This document shows positions 19,472 to 29,159 of a DNA stretch of 64,000 nucleotides, in pieces. Made by a program: the position numbers and the translations under genes. The stretch is taken from assembly GCA_963678825.2 (NCBI GenBank), contig CAXXPB010000042.1:87344-151343 (forward strand), written 5' to 3'. The notes beneath the pieces are model-generated. The model worked only from the letters and a program-made list of their open reading frames with translations. It did no database searches and had not been told where the DNA came from. Position 1 is the stretch's first letter, and every line of letters begins with the position of its first letter. The stretch is from an uncultured Microbacter sp. GTDB taxonomy: Bacteria > Bacteroidota > Bacteroidia > Bacteroidales > Paludibacteraceae.

Positions 19472-20380
19472 TTAGAAACGCATAAAGAAATTCCACGTTT
19501 CTTTGGCGATCCAGTTGACATCAGATCCGGGATCTTTAGCGGTGTCGGTATGACCACCCACGAATGAACCAAACATTACAGGATATTCAGCAGGAAGTCC
19601 TTTAATTTCAGTTGTGATATGAGTCGGAGTTGTGGCTAATGGTAATTCCGGCAATTGTTTCAATCCGTTATCTTCGGCATGAGTCAATACACAATATTTA
19701 CCACCCTGCTTTTTTTCATCAGAGTTGACATATTTACAAAGACCGTCCTGAGTACCTGTTGTACTAAAGTAAGCCAGAGGTTTGTGTTTGTTTTCAGGAA
19801 GATAAATGTTCCAGTTGGCCGGAGCATAACAAGCCACAGCACGAAGATCACTCTGAAATTCTAATGATAACGAGTAGGTAAACATAGCACCAAAGCTAAA
19901 TCCACAGCAAAATATGCGGGAGGTGTCGATGCTCAGCTTATCCTTAAACAATTTAAGCATATCGGCAAAGAAGAGATGATCTTTGTCATCACGTGTACGC
20001 CAGGGAGTTTGGTCGGTATATCCCTGAGGTGCAACGAAAATAACAGGGACATTATTTTGTTCGGCATAGGCTTTAAGACCATAATAGTTATTATCAACCA
20101 TTGTTTTCATACTTCCCCCCATCATGTGCATGGTAAAAATCAAACGGTAAGTTTTGTTTTTGTCGTAGTTCTTGGGAATATCGATGGTATATTGGCGTTC
20201 AAGCCCTGCACTTGTCATGGTATAAATCCCGCTCTTAAAACCTCCGAGGTCTTTACCGTAACCGGCACTGGGAGTTGGAGCATTTTTCAAGGGACGAGGC
20301 ACTTCTACTGAAATACCTGTTTGTGCATTGCACGAAAAAAATGAAGCTAAAAGGATAAAGATTACAAGTGTTTTTCTCAT
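19472..20380 (-). CDS. Secreted alpha/beta-hydrolase esterase (CE1/PHB-depolymerase-like)
   Basis: Signal peptide, FVAPQG, GFSFGA nucleophile motif, GGH. Confidence 0.75.
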   Translation of the reverse strand: MRKTLVIFILLASFFSCNAQTGISVEVPRPLKNAPTPSAGYGKDLGGFKSGIYTMTSAGLERQYTIDIPKNYDKNKTYRLIFTMHMMGGSMKTMVDNNYYGLKAYAEQNNVPVIFVAPQGYTDQTPWRTRDDKDHLFFADMLKLFKDKLSIDTSRIFCCGFSFGAMFTYSLSLEFQSDLRAVACYAPANWNIYLPENKHKPLAYFSTTGTQDGLCKYVNSDEKKQGGKYCVLTHAEDNGLKQLPELPLATTPTHITTEIKGLPAEYPVMFGSFVGGHTDTAKDPGSDVNWIAKETWNFFMRF

Positions 20381-20520
20381 GTTAGTGATTTTTAAATGAT
20401 TACTGATTATTTATTATTACTATGTATGCGTCAGACAGCTGACGGTCGTTTTTAAGTTTACTTTGCTATTACCTGCATAATTTGCGTTCTATCCTATTTT
20501 AAGTCAAGCTCTTGTTTCTG

Positions 20521-21159
20521 CTACTGAAAATCCAGCAACCTTAGAAAGAACACCGTTATATGGTTTATTATCTGCGACAGATGCAATATATTGAGATGCG
20601 CATAGTTTTCGAGCAGGATAATGCCCAGCAATACCGCTGTTCCCCATTTGTAGAGATTCATCATCAGCGTAGGATTGATGTCTTTTAGAAAGGTGAGGTA
20701 AACGTGCGAACCGTCGAGCGGAGGCAGCGGAATAAGGTTGAATACGAACAAGCCGATGTTGATGATTCCCGAAATAACTATCAGGTTGATAACGGCTATT
20801 CCCGTTTCGGTAGCATTGAAATAGGGATAGATAAAGAGAATCCGTGCCACTATCAACAGCAGTAGCGCCAGCAGGAAATTGGAGAGCGGTCCGGCAATGG
20901 AGATCAGAATCTCATCGCGGTGCTTGTGTTTCAGGTTGTCGGGATTGAAGCTGACCGGCTTGGCCCACCCGAAACCGGCAAAAATAATCAGAAAGAAACC
21001 CATCCAATCTATATGCCGCAACGGATTGAGCGATATACGTCCGTCGTCTTTGGCCGTGTTATCGCCCAGTCGATAAGCCGTATAGGCATGGGCAAACTCG
21101 TGTATGGTCAGGCCAATAATGGCTGCCGGAATAATCTTAATCGTTTCGGATAGCTCCAT
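20521..21159 (-). CDS. Site-2 protease (M50)
   Basis: HEFAH, AGPLSN, FNLIPLPPLDG. Confidence 0.92.
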   Translation of the reverse strand: MELSETIKIIPAAIIGLTIHEFAHAYTAYRLGDNTAKDDGRISLNPLRHIDWMGFFLIIFAGFGWAKPVSFNPDNLKHKHRDEILISIAGPLSNFLLALLLLIVARILFIYPYFNATETGIAVINLIVISGIINIGLFVFNLIPLPPLDGSHVYLTFLKDINPTLMMNLYKWGTAVLLGIILLENYAHLNILHLSQIINHITVFFLRLLDFQ

Positions 21160-21268
21160 GAATTTCTGTATTATTCTAAGTTTTGCTCGTGCCATATTTA
21201 GTACAAGCTTTCGAAAGACTCTACGCTCTTACACCAAGACATGTGTTATGGCTTTGCTATTCTTTCTT

Positions 21269-22306
21269 TCAAAAGTATGTCTTAACAGCGAACTCAAACT
21301 GGTTGATGAATATCTCTTTAAATTTTGATATGTTATTTTGTTCATAAAACAATAACATCGCCTTCTTGTAGTCTATCGAATCTACTGTTCTGAATGAAAT
21401 CGGACAATATTTGTAGTTCATTAAAATTGCATTACTTACAATTCTTGCCGTTCTTTTGTTTCCATCCATAAATGGCTGAATGTATGATATCAGCACTAAA
21501 GTCAACAGCGCTTTTTCAAATATATCCTCTTTTTTATTCACCAGTTCACAAGCAGATTCCAAAGCTTCACGTATTTGAAATTCATTGTCAAGCGGGCGAT
21601 AATTCGTACCCGAAATACCCACTCTCCGTTTTCTTAAATGTTTGTCAACTGCCAGATCTTTGATGAGCAAGCTATGTATGTCTTCAATTTTCAAAATTGA
21701 CAATGGCATTAAATAGTCCGGATTTTCGACAATAAAATCTATAGCATCTTTGTGGTTCAGAAGCATAATGGCTTCTTCTTTTGTTTTCCCGGCTGCAGTT
21801 TCTTTGTCTTTAAGCAACCTTTCAGTTTCAAGCAACGAATAAGTATTTCCTTCAATCTGAGACGATTTCCAGCTTAAATCAATGGCAAGTCGTTCAAGTT
21901 CTTTTTTGCATTCAAAATCAGATAGTTGAGATATATTTTCAGTATATTTTGCTTGTAGGTCAGTCAGCTTTGAAAGCTCAGTTTCATTCAGGATTTCAGC
22001 CTTGTCTAATAATTCAAAAATATCCAGATTGAACTCTCCTTTAATTTTTCGTTCATCAATTTCCTTCTCGTAATAACTATCTAAGTCAATTGGACACAGT
22101 AATTCATAAGTCGGTGAAATGGAATACCTAGTTCCTTTTCCTTTGCCTTCCGAAATTATGTACTTTTCGGTTAGAAGCTGAGATAAAAGTCGTTTAACCG
22201 TCGCATAGCTAATCGAAGTCGCAAACTCTTTGTGAATTTCTCCGGAAGAGCAGCTTGCATGATTCTGGATGAAATTTAAGATTTCATTTTGTCTCGTTTC
22301 TTGCAT
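21269..22306 (-). CDS. Fic family protein with N-terminal wHTH and non-canonical motif
   Basis: QPFMDGNKRTAR (His replaced by Gln), SSQIEGN. Confidence 0.88.
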   Translation of the reverse strand: MQETRQNEILNFIQNHASCSSGEIHKEFATSISYATVKRLLSQLLTEKYIISEGKGKGTRYSISPTYELLCPIDLDSYYEKEIDERKIKGEFNLDIFELLDKAEILNETELSKLTDLQAKYTENISQLSDFECKKELERLAIDLSWKSSQIEGNTYSLLETERLLKDKETAAGKTKEEAIMLLNHKDAIDFIVENPDYLMPLSILKIEDIHSLLIKDLAVDKHLRKRRVGISGTNYRPLDNEFQIREALESACELVNKKEDIFEKALLTLVLISYIQPFMDGNKRTARIVSNAILMNYKYCPISFRTVDSIDYKKAMLLFYEQNNISKFKEIFINQFEFAVKTYF

Positions 22307-22512
22307 AATTCAACATGTTATGGCTCACAAATATACAAAATATGGCTCATAATTCACCGTAAATGAGCTTTATTTTCTTTACGATGAGCCACACAGACGA
22401 TGTCTATGCGAGTTTTGATGTAGGCCGGAGTCACACACGAATTTCAATCGGCTTGACATTGTTGTGAACTGAGGGATATAAATAACATCACGCAAGATAC
22501 TCTGATCAATCC

Positions 22513-23133
22513 TTATCCCTTTACCCACTCCACAATATCGGCCGGCACCCGAAATGTTACGTCGGGAGTGATTCGTTCGGGATGACGACTACCCCACCCC
22601 GCCAGTCCGAATTTGACTCCGGCTCCATGAGCGCACCGGCAGTCGTATACCGTATCGCCGATGTAGATGGTCTGCCCGGCTCTTGCACCCGAAACTTCCA
22701 GAAACTTCAGCATCGGTTCGGGATCCGGCTTGTGCTTTTCGGTTTGATCAGAACACACCACATAATCGAAAAGATCTGCCAGTCCGAAAGGAGCGAACTC
22801 GTGCTTAAACTCGTTTTGCGTTTTGGAGGTGACAATGCCGGTTTGCAGGTTCATTTCCTTCAGCAACACCAGCATTTCTCGGATACCGTCGAAAACCTTT
22901 GCTGTATGGAAGAATTGCTGAAAAAAGAAGTTCCACCGCAGATTGGCCTGTTGCACATCCTCAATGCCGAACATCGGCAAAGAATCGGAACCGGGCAACC
23001 CGAAAGCAAATTCCAGATCCTTCAATGAAAACTCTTTGCCGTAATCGGTCTTCAGCATACCCTGCAAGCCACACAGCACCGCCTGTTCGGTATCGATCAG
23101 TGTGCCGTCTATATCAAAAACTATTGTATTCAT
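22513..23133 (-). CDS. HAD family hydrolase
   Basis: FDIDGTLID, VTSK, HKPDPEP, IGDTVYD. Confidence 0.9.
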   Translation of the reverse strand: MNTIVFDIDGTLIDTEQAVLCGLQGMLKTDYGKEFSLKDLEFAFGLPGSDSLPMFGIEDVQQANLRWNFFFQQFFHTAKVFDGIREMLVLLKEMNLQTGIVTSKTQNEFKHEFAPFGLADLFDYVVCSDQTEKHKPDPEPMLKFLEVSGARAGQTIYIGDTVYDCRCAHGAGVKFGLAGWGSRHPERITPDVTFRVPADIVEWVKG

Positions 23134-23161
23134 TCAAGTTTTTCAGTTATAAATGGCAGAA

Positions 23162-23965
23162 TTATTTCTTTTCCGCCTGTTTTGCCCTGATATACTTGGC
23201 CATATCCACCATCGGAGCAATCCAGATTTCGTTTTCATGCGCCTTCAGGAAATGGAGCAACTTACAGTGCGCCTCCAGCGACACATTAATATTGTGTCCG
23301 CCACCTACGCCGTGAAACAGAAAGACCAGTAAAGTATGCGACTCCAACGCCTGTTTCACAAGACCTGTCATATAATCGCCTCCCTCACCGTTAATCATAT
23401 AACAACGAATATCATTCAGATCGACTTCGTTGCTATGCTGCATTGCAGGGATGACACCGCGGGCTCCGGTAAATTCTTTTTCAAGAGGCTTATAAAAATC
23501 GACACCGCCAATTGTTCTATCGCCACAGGGATAAGCGAACGAGCGTTCGGTTTTCCCGTCGATTGCCTGCAGAAGGCTATTTGTGATCCGTATCTCAGTC
23601 TGAGCACGTGCCACCGTAAATTTACTAAGATCACCCTCTGCCGTCACCCATGACCGCCCTGCCATGTTCCCGTCGCAGGGATGAGTAAGCGTATGGTTGC
23701 CGAGCTCGTGTCCGCGTTGCGCAGCTGCTCTCCATTCGCTCATTCGTTTTGCTACCACCGGCGACTGTCCGATAATATAAAAAGTTCCTTTAAGACCTAC
23801 CGAATCAAGGGCCGGTATGGCATTGTCGAGATCAACATCAATCGCATCGTCATAGGTAAGAACTACAGCACATTTTTTGCCGTTCCAAAGTTCATTTTGC
23901 TGAGCATTAGAAAACTGAAACAAAACAGTTGAGACAATAAAGGCCAGTAAGATTTTACGGTTCAT
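23162..23965 (-). CDS. Polysaccharide deacetylase (CE4/NodB-like), secreted
   Basis: LTYDD, HELGNHTLTH, FAYPCG, FLFHG; signal peptide. Confidence 0.85.
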   Translation of the reverse strand: MNRKILLAFIVSTVLFQFSNAQQNELWNGKKCAVVLTYDDAIDVDLDNAIPALDSVGLKGTFYIIGQSPVVAKRMSEWRAAAQRGHELGNHTLTHPCDGNMAGRSWVTAEGDLSKFTVARAQTEIRITNSLLQAIDGKTERSFAYPCGDRTIGGVDFYKPLEKEFTGARGVIPAMQHSNEVDLNDIRCYMINGEGGDYMTGLVKQALESHTLLVFLFHGVGGGHNINVSLEAHCKLLHFLKAHENEIWIAPMVDMAKYIRAKQAEKK

Positions 23966-24337
23966 AGGATAAAAAGGGTATAAACAATTAAATGCAAGCA
24001 GCATATTTCTTAACAAGAAGACAAACTTACAGCTTTCTTTTTACAACTTAAAACGGCTCATAAGCTTTTTGAATTATACAGAATCAGAAATATACAAGAA
24101 GGTCAAATCAATTAAGCAGGCAAATAAAATACAGAGAAACACAAACAGACGTCGTTGACCAACCGTCTTGGATATAATCTCACAATATCCCAGATGGTTA
24201 ATTTGCGAAATAAATTTCCATCTTGCTAGAGCAGAAACGAAAACCTCCACTTTTTTTGATTAAAATATCTAAAAAGCAAGATTTGAACACATTACTAAAT
24301 TTATTAAATCTATTTTTGTACAAACATTTTAATTTAG

Positions 24338-24751
24338 ATGAATAGCGACCATCATTTAGAGCGTATAAACAAAACTATCGAGTACCTGAAGGAAAATCCC
24401 GGGAAAAATATGTCACTGAAAGAGGTTGCTTCAATTGCAATGTTTTCTGAATATCACTTCCACCGGATTTTCAAAAAAGTAACAGGAGAAACACCCCGTC
24501 GTTATATTAAACGGCTGCGGATGGAGAAAGCATGTACTTATCTAAAAAATGATGAATCAATTGAAATGCAGGAACTATGGAGCCGATTGGGTTACAGCAC
24601 GGCATCACATTTCAGTAAAGATTTCCGGATTTTTTACGGATGCACTCCATCGCAATACCAGAAAAAAATAAAGGAGCAGAAGATCAATGAAATCAAAGCA
24701 GGGATCAAAATAATGGAGCATCAGCCCTCGCCGGAAAAGCAAAAAGTCTGA
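24338..24751 (+). CDS. Stand-alone AraC-family DNA-binding protein
   Basis: FSEYHFHRIFK, LGYSTASHFSKDFR...TPSQY. Confidence 0.85.
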   Translation: MNSDHHLERINKTIEYLKENPGKNMSLKEVASIAMFSEYHFHRIFKKVTGETPRRYIKRLRMEKACTYLKNDESIEMQELWSRLGYSTASHFSKDFRIFYGCTPSQYQKKIKEQKINEIKAGIKIMEHQPSPEKQKV

Positions 24752-24933
24752 GACAAAAAATATCAGACACGAAACAATATGCTTTTAAGAAGCATTGAGC
24801 AATAGGTTAGTTTTGCTCAACGTAAACCAAATATCTAAAGAGAGAACCGCACCGTGCAAACGCATGGCGCGGTTTGTCGTTTCCAAACCTCATGGATACC
24901 TGACACCCTTCCTCAAAACACTAACGGGAGCAA

Positions 24934-27204
24934 TCACAACTTAAGAATCAACGTACTTGGAATATCTTTCAACCAACGGCTCTCACGGTCGAGTTCCGCT
25001 TTCCAGCTATTAATACTTATCAGCAACAGGTCATGATGACGCATCATTTCGCGGGTTACCTTCGATTCATGAACCGTCTGAATATGATTCGGAGCTATTT
25101 GTCCAATATTTCGAATCGTTTCCCGAATATCCGATGAATGTTTCAACGCCTGACGGCTGTCTATCACTGTCACCTGCGAATCTGCATTCGAGATCAGCTT
25201 CTGAGCATAGCCGATTAAAAATGAATCTTCGGGCGACAACAAAGCGACCAGTACCCGGTCGGGTTTCACAAAATTTTTATCGATCAATATACCTACAGGC
25301 ACTTCGCTTTTAGCCACAATCAGTCGTGTTTTTTCATCAAAAGGAGAATTTTCGAACAGTTTTTCTCTTCGGGTCATTTTATTGAGCAAATGATCGGGAT
25401 TGATGATGCGTGCCGTAAAACCGAGAATTTTCCCCAATACACTGCCCTCAAAAATTGACTGTCCGATTCCGATCAGCAGCAAATCGTAATTGCCTTTATT
25501 CGCCATCTGGGTTATTTCCGTCTCAATATCATTGGATGCTTTGAACAAAGTAGCAACATTCACATTCAAACGGTTCGATTCTGCAATAATCGGGGTAAAA
25601 CTTTCTTCTTCGTACTCTGCGGCATTAAACTGGTTCAGGTCATTATTCGGAGAAAGGTGCATGGCCGTAATCATCGAATTACCACTCTGCTTACTGGTAA
25701 GGCTATAGGCCAGACGGAGCAATGCCACACTCCGCTCCGGATTCGCAAACGACACTAGTATTTTATACTTACTAATACGGCTGATGGTCGTCGAAACCTC
25801 CTCTTTGCCCGGTTTAAAGATTTTATTTATAAGGTTTAGCGCAGGACCTGTAATAAATGTCGTTACTAACGCCATTATCACCATCATGGCAAAAACCGAA
25901 GGGGATAAGACTCCCAGATCATAACCGATATTCAGCACCACCAGCTCCATCAATCCCCGGGTATTCATCAAGGCACCAATCGACAAACTGTTTCGCCAGT
26001 TCTGTCCCACAAAACGTGCAGCCACGGCACTCCCCGCAAACTTTCCGACCACGGCAACAAGGATAACACACCCTGTCACCTGCCAAAGGTAAACATCGTT
26101 GAGCAGTCCGATTTGTGTGCGCAAACCGGTAAACACAAAATAGAGAGGAAGCAAAAGCACCAGCGCGATATCTTCAATTTTTTCGATGAAAATATTACGG
26201 AATTTCTCGTTATCAGGCATCATGGTGCCCGCCATAAATGCTCCGAATAAAGCATGAATACCAATCAATTCTGTGGCATACGACGAAAGCAGCAAAATCA
26301 GGAAAAATATTGCAACAATTGGTTTACTCAGGTTTTCGCGCGAAGTATGCAAGTCACCGACCCGTTTCAAAAACGGACGCACACCTTTGATCATTATAGC
26401 CACGTAAACAATAGCCAACGCAATTACATACAGCGAACTGGCAAACGATCCGGCTTTCACAATGGCAATAACCGCGGCCAACAGGCACCATGCCGTAATA
26501 TCATCGACCGCCGCGCAGGTAATGACCACCGAACCGAGATGCGTTTTATGCAGTCCCCGCTCCTGCACTACCCTCGCCAGCACCGGAAAGGCCGTAATGC
26601 TCATTGCAATTCCGATAAAAAGCCCGAATGAAGTAAAAGGCACTCCGACCGGTGCAAAGCTCCGATAGATGGCGTACGCCAGTCCGAGACCCAGTGCAAA
26701 CGGAACAATTATGCTGACCTGACTGATAACAAACGCATCGCCTGCATTCTTCTTCACCACTTTCAGATCGAGTTCCATCCCCACCATAAACATGAACAAG
26801 ATCAACCCTATCTGACTAATAAACTGAAGATTGCCCAACGATGCAACAGGAAACAAGGTAGAAAAGAAATGGGGAAAATAATGACCAACAACAGAGGGAC
26901 CCAACACCACACCTGCAATGATTTCGCCGATCACAGTAGGCTGTCCAATTTTGGTACAAATCCAACCGAACAGTTTCGCTACCAGGATAATGGTAACTAT
27001 TTGCAACAGAAGAATAGCCAGCGGATGTCCGAAATTGACTCCCAAAGACTGAACAAAGGCTGTCCACATACTACTATCGCTGACATGCGTCACAACCGAC
27101 TTTCCGCTCTCCAGCCCTTTTCCGGCATGGAAAAACCACACCATCAATGCAGAAAAAACTGCCATAACCACAACGTAAAACCCTGTATTTTTCAAGCGAT
27201 GCAT
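24934..27204 (-). CDS. Cation:proton antiporter (CPA2) with C-terminal USP-like domain
   Basis: QPTVIGEIIAG, ITAFPVLAR, MNTRGLMEL; many TM helices. Confidence 0.9.
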   Translation of the reverse strand: MHRLKNTGFYVVVMAVFSALMVWFFHAGKGLESGKSVVTHVSDSSMWTAFVQSLGVNFGHPLAILLLQIVTIILVAKLFGWICTKIGQPTVIGEIIAGVVLGPSVVGHYFPHFFSTLFPVASLGNLQFISQIGLILFMFMVGMELDLKVVKKNAGDAFVISQVSIIVPFALGLGLAYAIYRSFAPVGVPFTSFGLFIGIAMSITAFPVLARVVQERGLHKTHLGSVVITCAAVDDITAWCLLAAVIAIVKAGSFASSLYVIALAIVYVAIMIKGVRPFLKRVGDLHTSRENLSKPIVAIFFLILLLSSYATELIGIHALFGAFMAGTMMPDNEKFRNIFIEKIEDIALVLLLPLYFVFTGLRTQIGLLNDVYLWQVTGCVILVAVVGKFAGSAVAARFVGQNWRNSLSIGALMNTRGLMELVVLNIGYDLGVLSPSVFAMMVIMALVTTFITGPALNLINKIFKPGKEEVSTTISRISKYKILVSFANPERSVALLRLAYSLTSKQSGNSMITAMHLSPNNDLNQFNAAEYEEESFTPIIAESNRLNVNVATLFKASNDIETEITQMANKGNYDLLLIGIGQSIFEGSVLGKILGFTARIINPDHLLNKMTRREKLFENSPFDEKTRLIVAKSEVPVGILIDKNFVKPDRVLVALLSPEDSFLIGYAQKLISNADSQVTVIDSRQALKHSSDIRETIRNIGQIAPNHIQTVHESKVTREMMRHHDLLLISINSWKAELDRESRWLKDIPSTLILKL

Positions 27205-27314
27205 GACGACCTCCTTTTTTGTGCAAAGATTATGCAAAAAAGATGATAAAATCAAGGCTGGAGAGTCCTGTCAAAGGGGATTTTGCAATAAGACAGAAAA
27301 ATTTTGTAAGGAAA

Positions 27315-28031
27315 TCAGTGAGTGGTTTTCTGCACAAAAACGCTACGGTAAGCCTCGCTCAGATGAAGCGTCAGCAAACCTTCGTCCGCAGGCAGATTCG
27401 TTACGATTTCGTCGTGAGAAAAATACCGGACTGCCCGTAGCGCAATAATTTCCTGCTTATTAATCTGGCAGAACTTATCGGAAGGTAGCAGAACCAGGAG
27501 TTTTTCGAAGGAAACATTCTTCAGAATCAATACCGAACCATCATCGAATGTTGCCGCTTTATCGCGACTATCAATGGAAGAAGTGGCAATATAGAGCACC
27601 TTATCGAAAAACAACAAAGCCCTGCCTTTATTCGTATTCAACCGTACAAAAGCGGGCTGATTCTGTAATAGTTCGAGACGCTTGGCCGCCTTTTCCACAG
27701 CAATTTGCAGGCGCTCTTTTTGAATCGGCTTCACCAGGTAATCCACCGCATCAATATCGAATGCATCCGTAGCATATTGTTTGTAGGCAGTGGTAAAAAT
27801 CACCGGTTTACCATTCAGGCATCGGGCAACCGACAATCCATCCATTCCTGTCATTTCAATATCGAGAATTGCCAAATCAAAGTCTGTTGCTGCAGCCTCT
27901 TCCAGAAAAACGGCAGGATCAGCAAACGCTTTCATCACAACCAGGCCGGATATCTGCTCGCAAAGCATTTTCAGATAAGCCAATCCCGGCAATTCATCAT
28001 CGAGCAGCAGACACTTCAGAGGCTTTGCCAT
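27315..28031 (-). CDS. LytTR-family response regulator
   Basis: LLDDE, LDIEM, FTTAY, DYLVKP. Confidence 0.88.
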   Translation of the reverse strand: MAKPLKCLLLDDELPGLAYLKMLCEQISGLVVMKAFADPAVFLEEAAATDFDLAILDIEMTGMDGLSVARCLNGKPVIFTTAYKQYATDAFDIDAVDYLVKPIQKERLQIAVEKAAKRLELLQNQPAFVRLNTNKGRALLFFDKVLYIATSSIDSRDKAATFDDGSVLILKNVSFEKLLVLLPSDKFCQINKQEIIALRAVRYFSHDEIVTNLPADEGLLTLHLSEAYRSVFVQKTTH

Positions 28032-28761
28032 TGAGATCAATCGTTAAATGAGCTGTATATGTATTGTTCTCCACCTCGCGATCCAAACGATAGTGTCCGT
28101 TGTAAAGTATTTGCAGACGTTGCTCTAACGTGGCAGAGCCGATACCACTCTTCTCTTTGTGCAGAGCCGTACGCGAAGAAATTTTATTGGCGACTGTAAG
28201 CGAAAATATTCCCTGTCTGAATTCAAACGAAACAGCAATAAAAGCATCACCACTTTGCAAATCGGCATGTTTAAACGCATTTTCAATCAGATCGACCGAA
28301 ATAAGAGGAGCCATTACCTTTGTCCGGTAAAGCGGATCGGATTCGTCCGTTTTATTTTTCACATTCAGGGCAAACAGAGGGCTCACCTTTATTTTATTGA
28401 TTTCTATCAAATTGAGAGCAAACTCAATTTCCTCCTGAGGCGTAACAAAAGAACCGTTACTTTCATACAGAATATAGTCGAGCACGTTTGCCAGCTTATC
28501 CATGGCATAATAAGTCTGGTAGGCATGCGACTGGATAGAATTAAGAATATTTTTAAAAAGATGAGGATTCAGCTTAGCTTCAATAGACGGCAATTCGGTT
28601 CTTTCTATTTTTTTCGTCAGTTCTCCGCACAATTGCTCAAAACGCTGTTTTTCGGTTTTAGCACGACGTGCTGCTTTGTAGAAATACACAGAGGCAAGGC
28701 TCAGAAGCAACAATGCCCCTGCACTTAAAATAACATATATGATGACAAACGTATTATCCAT
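27997..28761 (-). CDS. LytS-type histidine kinase with a single TM helix
   Basis: KLNPHLFKNILNSI, LIENAFKH, SGIG. Confidence 0.88.
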   Translation of the reverse strand: MDNTFVIIYVILSAGALLLLSLASVYFYKAARRAKTEKQRFEQLCGELTKKIERTELPSIEAKLNPHLFKNILNSIQSHAYQTYYAMDKLANVLDYILYESNGSFVTPQEEIEFALNLIEINKIKVSPLFALNVKNKTDESDPLYRTKVMAPLISVDLIENAFKHADLQSGDAFIAVSFEFRQGIFSLTVANKISSRTALHKEKSGIGSATLEQRLQILYNGHYRLDREVENNTYTAHLTIDLNGKASEVSAAR

Positions 28762-28869
28762 TTCTATTATAAAACAGTTCAAAGATAGCAGATTTTTCAT
28801 CAGCAACCACAATAATATTCTTTTGACAGAATATGCATCAAAGTGCAATATTTGCTAAGTTTTGATTAT

Positions 28870-29020
28870 CGACCCCTCCTAACCTCCCCAAAATGGGGAG
28901 GAACTCACCTGTAAAACGAGTAAAATTGGTTCATTTTACAAAGTTACAGCCCCCACTTTGGGGAATCGAAGATCAGCGAAGCTAATGGGGGTCAAAGAAT
29001 AAAACATCAAGACGACTTCC
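28870..29020. mobile_element. Palindromic element family E copy 1
   Basis: Near-identical to 48462-48612; CCTCCCCAAAATGGGGAGG hairpin, GACCCC...GGGGTC ends. Confidence 0.8.
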
Positions 29021-29042
29021 TATACGCCAATTTGTGATATCG

Positions 29043-29114
29043 AAATCTTTATAAAATCTTTATACTCTGCTTTTGCTTCTTTACAATCCCCTTATGACTT
29101 CCGTTTTACTTTTG
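29043..29114 (+). promoter_or_regulatory. KdpE-type direct repeats and kdp promoter
   Basis: Tandem 11-mer AAATCTTTATA x2 (29043-29064), further TTTACA, -7 box TACTTTTG (29107-29114). Confidence 0.65.
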
Positions 29115-29159
29115 CAGTGAAAATAGCGCGAAGGTGATTCGCTTAAAAATTGAGAAACA

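Noticed and set aside
24338-24751. Stand-alone AraC as a novel MarA-like global regulator
   Set aside because: Cannot be distinguished from a truncated AraC-effector gene using sequence alone
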